Shown: piece after piece, positions 14,501 to 21,038 of the stretch
Layout of the letters: each line of letters opens with the position of its first letter
Position numbering within the stretch: the first letter of the stretch is position 1
Assembly (NCBI GenBank): GCA_035450385.1
Contig: DAOTMQ010000003.1
Span: 1-36,985, forward strand
Direction of reading: 5' to 3'
Length of the DNA stretch: 36,985 nt
Origin: Kiritimatiellia bacterium
GTDB taxonomy: Bacteria; Verrucomicrobiota; Kiritimatiellia; RFP12; UBA1067
Notes under the pieces: model-generated
What the model was told of the DNA's origin: nothing
Databases searched by the model: none
Seen by the model: the letters and a program-made list of their open reading frames with translations, nothing else
Program-made: the position numbers and the translations under genes

Positions 14501-15967
14501 CGCCTGGCCCGCGCGCGGCTCGTCAACAGGACACATCGTGCCACTGAAAGTAAGGGCTGCGTCCGTGGGGCTGCCGTTGAGGATGGCCACGTTGCGCATG
14601 AAGCGGAAATCGCGGTCGGTGGTTGCCGATGCCGTACCGGTGTAGCGCACGCCGCCCACGATGTTGTAACGGACGTTGCCGAGATGCACGGTGGCGTCCG
14701 CACCAGTCGCCGCTCCCAGCGAACTGGACGTGCCGGCCGGTGCCAACCGGGAGATTTCGGCGATGCCGGTTTGGATGTGGACCGGACCGGTGAAGCTGTT
14801 GGTCGGGCAGAGCAGGGCGAGCGTGCCATCGTACAGGGCTCCCGTCCCCAGACAGATCCCGCCTGTGCCGGAGAGACGACCGGAGAAGTTGAGGCGGCGG
14901 TTGCCGCGCACCGAGAAGGTGTGCTGACCGTCGGGCAAGATGGTGTCCAGCGCCCAGTTAACGGTAGACTGCGGGAAGCAGAAGAAGTTGTTCTCCAGAG
15001 TGATGGGGTTGCCCGATGCCGAGATGTTACGGTTCCACACCATGATGCTGTCCACCGTGAGTCCGGGCAGGTCGTTCACAGACGTTGACTGGAGGTTGGT
15101 TTCAAAGGCCAGCATCGGCCGGGCAGGAAGGGGCTGGTGCCAGTTGGCGTTGTCGCTCCAGAGGTTACTGTTGCCAAAGCCGCTCCACACGGACCCATCG
15201 AAACCCGCGTCCGACACCGCGTAGCGTTCTTTCAGGTAGGTCTCGACCTGATCGCGCTCGGCAGCGGAAAGGGCGCGCTCGTAAACGATCACTTCGGCGA
15301 TCACGGCATCGCTCGGGTCTGCCGCATTGCGCGCGCAGCCTCCGATCGTCAGCCGACCCGGCGACGTGGTAAGACTTGAATTACCCGTGAGGTCATATCC
15401 GTTCACGTAGAAGCGTTGTTCGCTCGTCGTGTTGACCGCCGACAACGTGTACGTGCGCCCGAATTGGTAAGGCGCGCGTAGCCGCGCCGCCATGCCGCTC
15501 AATTCGCTGGTGTCGGCATGCGCGTAAAAAGAGCCGTCACTGTAGGTTCCGAGAAGCCAGTTTTTATCGAGCGACCCCACGAACCTGCGCCAGGCGATCC
15601 CGCGTCCGCTGTCATCCCTGACACACATCACGGTAAACACGGAAAAGGCGGCATTCAACGCATTCGAGGTCACTAGGCCGGCCGCGTAAGCGTCACTGAA
15701 AAGGCGCTGGTCGAAGTGTAACGCCGGCAGACCATTCAGGCCGCTGGCGACATACACCGGCTGGCGGTTGGTATTGGTCTGATAAGCGTGGTTGTTGTTG
15801 CCGGAACGGTCGAGCCACGTCGTGACGCGTCCGGTGTCGGGGTTGAACTGGACATCGTCACTTCCGGCTTGCAGCCAGATCACGCAGTCCGAGAGGTTGG
15901 TGGGCGCAAAGGCACCCGCCGATTGGATCAGTAACAGGCTCAATGCCAGCACGAGCTTACGCATCAT
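11501..15967 (-). CDS. Giant exported LamG / autotransporter-associated beta-strand repeat / DUF2341 surface protein
   Basis: ORF 11501..15985. The ATGATG at 15967 has GAGG 6 nt upstream and yields the signal peptide MMRKLVLALSLLLIQSAGAFA. There are three LamG-type modules, each ending in the block EV(I/M)(V/A)Y(E/D/N)RxLSxxERxxVExYLxx(R/K)Y. A PATR-like region (NSFTGPVHIQTGIAEI, NTFTGGFTLEGGTVLLTG) is present. A DUF2341-like block (MKIRFPGYTGTSVLTNFPVLIKL...GADLLFTDADG) is present. A final LamG carries LDELRLSTAARSADWI. Confidence 0.85.
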   Translation of the reverse strand: MMRKLVLALSLLLIQSAGAFAPTNLSDCVIWLQAGSDDVQFNPDTGRVTTWLDRSGNNNHAYQTNTNRQPVYVASGLNGLPALHFDQRLFSDAYAAGLVTSNALNAAFSVFTVMCVRDDSGRGIAWRRFVGSLDKNWLLGTYSDGSFYAHADTSELSGMAARLRAPYQFGRTYTLSAVNTTSEQRFYVNGYDLTGNSSLTTSPGRLTIGGCARNAADPSDAVIAEVIVYERALSAAERDQVETYLKERYAVSDAGFDGSVWSGFGNSNLWSDNANWHQPLPARPMLAFETNLQSTSVNDLPGLTVDSIMVWNRNISASGNPITLENNFFCFPQSTVNWALDTILPDGQHTFSVRGNRRLNFSGRLSGTGGICLGTGALYDGTLALLCPTNSFTGPVHIQTGIAEISRLAPAGTSSSLGAATGADATVHLGNVRYNIVGGVRYTGTASATTDRDFRFMRNVAILNGSPTDAALTFSGTMCPVDEPRAGQATLELGGTSRGTNLIESTLSDSPLGQNRLAVTVKSGVWRFNQSNTFTGGFTLEGGTVLLTGVGGLGQGPVRVRTGATLGGNGVVTSASAILQYEGAIISPGDPDENGGIGCLTYDIGAGLSGVRLVIQTTLQTNDSIRVNATLPLPAFLTVEVQAASAADCPESLRIIDATALIGAQDLSEWEIIAPCAYRAVREGSSVLLVKEPAFSADAWQHSMKIRFPGYTGTSVLTNFPVLIKLTEGTGDRFHYGECDPNGADLLFTDADGTRLQHEIERWEINGESCVWVKLPRLTRGTEITAHWGNTAFAPLKATFQPTDLPNCALWLDAAASFTADGASIATWPDLSGNDRHATQSNAAAQPRWVANAVNGLPAARFEVTGTMDGMVTGWNTQGGSAYTVIVAGTHRREVAPGSSWRRIVKGATGYNAAIAVQPDNTFQAGTHAGGYQSLAISSTRATLGAPFVGTIVADGTHSYFALNGFAFPTVAVAGAFGNLGLGVSGHGGDGWDGDILEVIAYDRALSLAERQRVERYLAEKYDGLSAHFVPEFGLQQWLRADMVNADVLDNGVPRVSRADNQTSVSGMHATQSTTDRMPEKVASAINGKPALRFDAVPDQYDALRSSVAPIGEAYTAFAVFAPNTTGLTERVIMQGYGGVSRLGITNGILMRRAGGTVSQLLPCPPHQPLIATLRCNELSSSFYVNGVNLTQNATPSGNWAGSGGVENRVIIFGAGYGDGALLQPMDGDLAEVMVYNRILSDHERQRVEAYLADRYAIPINRNNAQVWSEGYAGVWHLTDTSRLLLADASPAQNGAVLLGVDEARAVPAWTTEGLAWDAASQFGRSRTAPATPSTLSFWALQPESSANLATVIAGTSGAPYVALNNAAGKLRVAATDAAPLIGGSGAWTHYTVVVDPASQAVQVYGNGLPLDTAPGVQGSGMPTGQALTFGHDADTSDTLKTLAGALDELRLSTAARSADWIRAAYLTQAENASFTSYHHFGTFFMLR

Positions 15968-16138
15968 AACAGACCTCGTTTCCATTTCGCATTTACGTGA
16001 TAGCTATGAGGCTGACGCCCCAACGTCCCTTACGCGGCCCGTCCACATACGCACCCGCACAGGCAGGTGTTATGCCACGCCCAAGGCAGGAGTAGTGTCG
16101 CACATTCCGGGGCGTCTGTCCATCACCATCAAAAATGG

Positions 16139-16209
16139 AATCGTTAGTGACAGGGGGGGGTGAGTCGAGTGCGTGGTTTGTGCCCATTTCGGTACCCACA
16201 AGTCAGGCG
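16139..16209 (+). repeat. Repeat module L, copy C (diverged, lacks the terminal hairpin)
   Basis: AATCGTTAGTGACAGGGGGGGGTGAGTCGAGTGCGTGGTTTGTG...AGTCAGGCG aligns with the 5' two-thirds of copies A and B. It abuts module R directly. Confidence 0.7.
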
Positions 16210-16580
16210 AAAAGATTTGCGGCGGCAAGCGGTATTCTGCATGACGCCGCTTTTTGAGCAGGAGTACGGCGGCAGGGCTGTGCGCAAAAGCGGTGCCGCG
16301 AGGCACACTTCGTCGCTTACACTTTGTCGTTTTACACTTCGTCCAAAACACGTCGCTAACGCAATCGTCTAGGTGTGGAGACTAAGTGTATCCGCTAAGT
16401 GTGGGGATTAAGAGTTGTTTCCGCGCACAACGTGGAGAAAAAGCGGTGCCGCGACCCGCGCACAGCGCGGCTCTTGTCTCCAGATTTCGTAAGCCGACAC
16501 TTGCCTAGCGCCATCGCGCCGTGCGTGCACAATAATCATGCCCAAACACCGCATCCCCCTTTTCACCAGAAACGCATTGT
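16206..16580 (+). repeat. Repeat module R, copy 2 (long form with the convergent 9-mer array)
   Basis: This copy is collinear with 6680-6915 plus an internal segment at about 16264-16399. The invariant 34-mer is at 16440-16473. A partial extra copy, AAAGCGGTGCCGCGA, is at 16287-16301. The array of CACTT(C/T)GTC units and their inverted counterparts lies at about 16303-16415. Confidence 0.85.
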
Positions 16581-16619
16581 CTTCGCCCCCGCGCCTGTCT
16601 GACCGATTACTTTTAAGGG

Positions 16620-16648
16620 TTGATTCTTTTCACCTCCCCCGCATAATG
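16620..16648 (+). promoter_or_regulatory. Candidate sigma70-like promoter for 16862..18244
   Basis: The pattern is TTGATT (16620-16625), 16 nt, CATAAT (16642-16647). It would give a leader of about 205 nt. Confidence 0.45.
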
Positions 16649-16654
16649 GGTGTG

Positions 16655-16861
16655 GATGTCCCCGAAGTGTCGGCATTTACGGCGGTGAGGGGAGCGGTGC
16701 GCAGAACATTCTGCCCGCCGTACTCAGCGGCACGGGGACGCTTCACGTGCGGACCGGCTCGGGCATGGTGTTGCGCCTACACTGAGATCATCGATTGGTA
16801 GCAGGGGGCACACGTTCCGAGCGCGGGTGCCCTCCACGGAAAGCGAGAAAGGAGATGGACC
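16655..16861 (+). promoter_or_regulatory. Long structured 5' leader, a candidate riboswitch (the core is loosely cobalamin-like)
   Basis: ACGGCGG (16679-85) pairs with CCGCCGT (16715-21). These enclose UGAGGGGA, GCGG, the loop UGCGCAGAACAUU, and CUGC. GCACG (16730-34) pairs with CGTGC (16746-50). GGGCAC (16805-10) pairs with GTGCCC (16826-31). CTCC (16832-35) can pair with the SD GGAG (16851-54). Confidence 0.3.
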
Positions 16862-18244
16862 ATGAATTCCGCATTCGCAAACCCCTGCACAGGACGCCTA
16901 TCCTCCGGGACTCCTTTTATCGTCTGGTGCACGATCCTCGTCGCTGTCGTCGCCACGTCCGCATTATGCCCGGCTCGCGCAACGACTGCGGAAGGTCCCG
17001 CCGGAGAAGGCTATTCCGCGCTACCGGCGGGTATGGTCCGACTGTGGGACACGCGCCGCGCATATGGGGCGGGACTGAACATGAACATGGCCGCCGCCTG
17101 GGGAGAGCGCGACCGATGGCACCGCATTGCCGAAGGGGAAACACCAGAGAGAATTGGATATGACGTCGTGCTGGAAGGACCGAACTTCCATTTCAACATC
17201 ACCTGGCGTCCCGACGGATACATCTCAGGCCCCGTGCTCTATGCCAAGACGGGAGACGACGCCGCGCCCGGACGGCACAATCTTTTATACAGAGGCTACT
17301 GCACCCCGAAAAAGGGGCTTTGGGACGGAGGGGCGAATCTCGGCTACATCCAGGTTTTGAAAAACACCGCCGCCGAAGTCATTGTACGCTCGCAGGGGCG
17401 CGAAGGAAAACGCGACGGCATCACCCATCTCACAGCCGACTACCGAGTACAGGCAGGCAAACCCTGGTTAGAGATCACGCCGGTGAATCAGTGCAGTTGG
17501 ATCGGCATGCACGGGGAATCGCGCTTCAACGTATGCCCCGGCCTCCTGCCGGACGATCAGGACTTCGTCTACGATTCGATGCGGAATCCGGCGGGTCATA
17601 CCATGTGGACGCCGGAAGGCGCACGGATGCTGTACGACTTCATCATGGACGACGATACGATCTGGCTGATGGCGATCACCCCGGCCGCGCCGGATTCCGA
17701 TCCCGCCAGTAACCATATGCCGTTGAACTACCGAAAGCAGCGGTTTCTCGTTGCGACGCAGAAGGACGGCTACCACGCCGGCTGGAGCCGCATAGGCGAG
17801 GGCCCTTGCGACAACATCGTCTCCGCGCCATACGGCGTGTTCCTCGGCCGCAAGATCGCGATCGGCGTCCTGAGGATCGGCTACTGGCACTACCAGAAGG
17901 TGGATGCCGATGTTTCAAAAGACTCCAACGTGACGATCAACTGGCGCGTGGCTTACTCGAAGGCCATCCGTAGTAGCCCATTCCAGCCCGACGGCGCGTG
18001 GCACCCGATGCACCCCGGCAAGTGGCGTCTCGTCTGCCGAATCGGAGACGACTTCCACACCGTTCCGGTCACAATCGGAAGCACCGATACTGCAAAGACG
18101 AATCTGACGTTTCTGGCCCCCGCGTCCGGTCGCCTTGAGTACGTCCTCTTCTACCTCCACGACCGTTCAACGGAAACGCCGACCGGCTTCTACACGCCGA
18201 TGGACATCTACCGCGAGGCTATCGAGGGCCGTCCGCTGCGATAA
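16862..18244 (+). CDS. Hypothetical exported or membrane-anchored protein (460 aa), no recognised family
   Basis: The SD AAGGAGA lies 6 nt upstream of the ATG. The N-terminal hydrophobic segment is FIVWCTILVAVVATSALCPARA. Codon usage and length are consistent with a real gene. Confidence 0.8.
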   Translation: MNSAFANPCTGRLSSGTPFIVWCTILVAVVATSALCPARATTAEGPAGEGYSALPAGMVRLWDTRRAYGAGLNMNMAAAWGERDRWHRIAEGETPERIGYDVVLEGPNFHFNITWRPDGYISGPVLYAKTGDDAAPGRHNLLYRGYCTPKKGLWDGGANLGYIQVLKNTAAEVIVRSQGREGKRDGITHLTADYRVQAGKPWLEITPVNQCSWIGMHGESRFNVCPGLLPDDQDFVYDSMRNPAGHTMWTPEGARMLYDFIMDDDTIWLMAITPAAPDSDPASNHMPLNYRKQRFLVATQKDGYHAGWSRIGEGPCDNIVSAPYGVFLGRKIAIGVLRIGYWHYQKVDADVSKDSNVTINWRVAYSKAIRSSPFQPDGAWHPMHPGKWRLVCRIGDDFHTVPVTIGSTDTAKTNLTFLAPASGRLEYVLFYLHDRSTETPTGFYTPMDIYREAIEGRPLR

Positions 18245-18321
18245 ACCGGGCCCACCCCTTTTGGCGTTCCTCAGATACCGTGAACGTGATCTCAACAAGT
18301 TTTAATTGATCCCGATTGGGA

Positions 18322-18353
18322 CACTGATACTGAAACTCACGCACTGATAAAAT
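18322..18353 (+). promoter_or_regulatory. AT-rich candidate promoter/operator upstream of the efflux operon
   Basis: The direct repeat CACTGATA occurs at 18322-18329 and 18342-18349, with a 20-nt period. The second copy overlaps a TAAAAT -10-like hexamer at 18348-18353. The -35 element is poor. Confidence 0.3.
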
Positions 18354-18472
18354 AGGCACGCGCGGTCCGCGCGCTAACAAATGGATATACACGGAGCGGG
18401 GTCTAGCGTTATAGTAATCGGCTATTGCTTTAACTCTCAGAAGCGGGAACGTACGCATCGGGGAAGGTGAAG

Positions 18473-19834
18473 ATGACGAGAGACGACATGTGGGGGCGTG
18501 TCTGCGTGACGGGGTTGTGCACGGTTTTTCTGGCCGGATGCCTCACGCGCGACGCGCTATATGATGAGCTACTAGAAACACGCGACGCTGCCTATGACGC
18601 TTGGCTGCGTTTGCGTGAAGACGGAGACATTCCGGTTCCCGCCGAAAACCTCTCACTGGATGAAGCGGTGCGCATCGCCTTGCTCTACAACAAGTCGCTG
18701 CAAGCCAAAATCCAGGAGCGTGAGGTCGCGCGGGGCCAACTGGTCTCCGCCCACCAGCTTGCCCTGCCCCGTGTCGATGCGACGGCCTCGACGGCATACG
18801 GTAGTCGAGATACAGATAGCGCCAACATCTCCTTCCGGCAACCGCTTTTCCGCGGCGGCGGCGCGACGGCAACTCTGCGCGCCGCCAAGCTGTTCGCCTT
18901 CTGGTCGGACGAAAGCGTACGCGACACCATCCAAACCGTTATCAAACAGGTCACCACCGCTTACTACACCGCCCTGCTGGCCGACAACCTGTGCCAAGTC
19001 AACCGCGACGCCGTGGTGTCTGCCGAGGCCCACCTGAGCGATGTGCGGGTCAAGCGTGTCAACGGCGTGGCCTCGAAATATGACGAGCTACGTGCACAGG
19101 TCGATGTGGCCAATTTCCGCGCCGAACTCATCCGCCAAGAGAACAACCTCGTGCTCGCCAAAACCAGCTTGCTGCGCACGCTCGGTACCGCCACCGACGC
19201 GCCGCTTGCGTTGGCGGATCAGTTGCTTCACGCGCCGGTCAAGACGACGCTGGAAGAGGCGATCGAAACGGCTTATGCCAACCGGCCCGACCTCTACATG
19301 GCGGAGTTGAATATCCGTATGCAGCGCGAGCAGGTCCGCGCGTTGCAAGGCACCTACCTGCCGGAAATCGATCTCGCCTTCAGCGCCGGTACCGACCGCG
19401 CGCGCGATGGTGACGACGAATGGGCTGGCACGCAACGCGCGGCGCTAGAACTGAACTGGTCGATCTTTGACGGATTCGGCCGAGAGGGCGAGTTGATTGC
19501 CGCCAAGGCCAAGTTGCGCCAGCGCGAGATCGAACTGAAAAGCGTGGAAGAGGATGTCTTTCTGGATGTCCAGCAAGCGTTGCTGAACCTGAAGAACGCG
19601 GAGGAGTACGTCGAATCGCAACGCCTCAACCTGCAGCACGCTGAAGAGGGGTTGCGGCTGGCCATGACCGGTTACCGCGAAGGCGTCAATACTGAAGTCG
19701 AGGTGGTCGACGCGCGTTCGTCGCTGACAGAGGCACGCGGCAATCACTACCGCGCGCTCTTCGACCACTGTATGGCACGGCTTTCGCTGGAGCAGGCAAC
19801 CGGCCTTCTGGGCAAGAACATGGAGGGCAAATGA
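18473..19834 (+). CDS. TolC-family outer membrane efflux protein (lipoprotein type)
   Basis: ORF 18467..19834. The ATG at 18473 follows GGAAGG. The lipobox is FLAGC. There are two repeated halves with the typical OEP pattern (AVRIALLYNKSLQA..., AIETAYANRPDL...). The stop overlaps the next start (ATGA). Confidence 0.85.
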   Translation: MTRDDMWGRVCVTGLCTVFLAGCLTRDALYDELLETRDAAYDAWLRLREDGDIPVPAENLSLDEAVRIALLYNKSLQAKIQEREVARGQLVSAHQLALPRVDATASTAYGSRDTDSANISFRQPLFRGGGATATLRAAKLFAFWSDESVRDTIQTVIKQVTTAYYTALLADNLCQVNRDAVVSAEAHLSDVRVKRVNGVASKYDELRAQVDVANFRAELIRQENNLVLAKTSLLRTLGTATDAPLALADQLLHAPVKTTLEEAIETAYANRPDLYMAELNIRMQREQVRALQGTYLPEIDLAFSAGTDRARDGDDEWAGTQRAALELNWSIFDGFGREGELIAAKAKLRQREIELKSVEEDVFLDVQQALLNLKNAEEYVESQRLNLQHAEEGLRLAMTGYREGVNTEVEVVDARSSLTEARGNHYRALFDHCMARLSLEQATGLLGKNMEGK

Positions 19835-21036
19835 AAAAGGTTTTGAAAGCCATCATGTACTTGGCGCTGATGGCAGCTGTCGCATACGGCGCGTATTACA
19901 GCTACGGCCTCGCCAAAGAAAAGGCGAATCCGCCGACCGAACAAAAGGGGCGAGCCGCCCTGCCTGTCCGTGTCATGACTGTTCAGGCCGGATGTGTGAC
20001 CAACGCCATCAAGCTGACCGGATCGCTGGAGGCCATCCGGACGGTGGATGTTATGCCGAAAATTTCGGGGCGGCTTGAACGCCTATCCCTAGACGACGGC
20101 ACACCGGTCTGGGAGGGGCTCGCCGTCACCAACCAACAGGTGATTGCAGTGATTGACCATCGCGACATCCGCGCCCAATTGGCGCAAGCCAAGGCGGCGG
20201 TCGAAGCTGCGCGAACCGCAGTCGAGACGGCCAACGTCGTGCTCAAGGATCGCGACCGCGAGCGTAAGCGCATGGAGAAGCTGTTTGCCGAGGGCTCCAC
20301 CACCGAGCAGCAGCGCGACCTCGCCGTCACCGCCCACGAACAGGCCATCACGGGCGTCGCGCAGGCCGAAGCGAACCTGACGCATGCGCAGACTGCCGTC
20401 GGCGTGATCGAAGTGACGTTGACCGAAGCCTTTCTGCACGCCCCGATGGATGGCGTCGTCAGCGTGAAATACGTCGATCCCGGCGCCATGGTCAACGCCT
20501 CAACCAAGATCGTCCAGATCATCCCCATGGATGAACTCAAGTTCATGATCGCCATCCCCGGCCCCTATCTGCACATGCTCACGGCAGGCGAGACGACCGT
20601 TACCGTCCGCTCTGACGCCGTCCCCGATCGTGTGTTCGTCGGATTGATCGCTCACATCCATCCGGCGGTCGATCCGATCACGCGCACCGCCACGGTGGAG
20701 GTGCGCCTCAAAAACGAGTGCAACGACGCCGGGGAGTGGCTGCTGCGCCCCGGCCTCTATGCGGAGGGCCACATCATTTTGGATATCCGGCGCGACACGG
20801 TGACGCTCCCCGCCGACGTGGCGTTGCGGCGCGGCGCGCGCTTTCTCGCCTTTGTGGTCAAGGACGGCAGGGCCGAGACGCGCGAATTGACGGTCGGCGT
20901 GCGCGACAGCAATCGCCTGGAGATACTGGAAGGACTCGCGGCCGGCGAACAGGTGGTGGTCATGGGCCAACACCGGCTGACCGACGGCATACCGGTCCGA
21001 CTCACCGACGAGCAGGACGACGGACAGAGGAAGTAA
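19831..21036 (+). CDS. Efflux RND periplasmic adaptor (membrane fusion protein)
   Basis: This is a 401-aa ORF with an N-terminal anchor. It has a coiled-coil hairpin region (RAQLAQAKAAVEAARTAVETANV...) and beta-barrel blocks (APMDGVVSVKYVDPGAMV, RPGLYAEGHI) typical of the HlyD_D23 family. Confidence 0.9.
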   Translation: MKKVLKAIMYLALMAAVAYGAYYSYGLAKEKANPPTEQKGRAALPVRVMTVQAGCVTNAIKLTGSLEAIRTVDVMPKISGRLERLSLDDGTPVWEGLAVTNQQVIAVIDHRDIRAQLAQAKAAVEAARTAVETANVVLKDRDRERKRMEKLFAEGSTTEQQRDLAVTAHEQAITGVAQAEANLTHAQTAVGVIEVTLTEAFLHAPMDGVVSVKYVDPGAMVNASTKIVQIIPMDELKFMIAIPGPYLHMLTAGETTVTVRSDAVPDRVFVGLIAHIHPAVDPITRTATVEVRLKNECNDAGEWLLRPGLYAEGHIILDIRRDTVTLPADVALRRGARFLAFVVKDGRAETRELTVGVRDSNRLEILEGLAAGEQVVVMGQHRLTDGIPVRLTDEQDDGQRK

Positions 21037-21038
21037 CC

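Noticed and set aside
15993-16351. Minus-strand ORFs 15993..16199 and 16070..16351 upstream of the giant gene
   Set aside because: They run through repeat modules L and R and have no start context or recognisable motifs.
18219-18458. A 79-aa minus-strand ORF in the AT-rich region before the efflux operon
   Set aside because: It has no SD and an atypical composition. It overlaps the end of 16862..18244 and the likely promoter region. It is more plausibly non-coding.
20718-21038. A 107-codon N-terminal extension of the RND permease ORF
   Set aside because: The extension overlaps the end of the MFP gene in another frame and is Arg/Gly-rich. The canonical RND N-terminus MRLPELGVKRPIF starts at 21039, right after the MFP stop.
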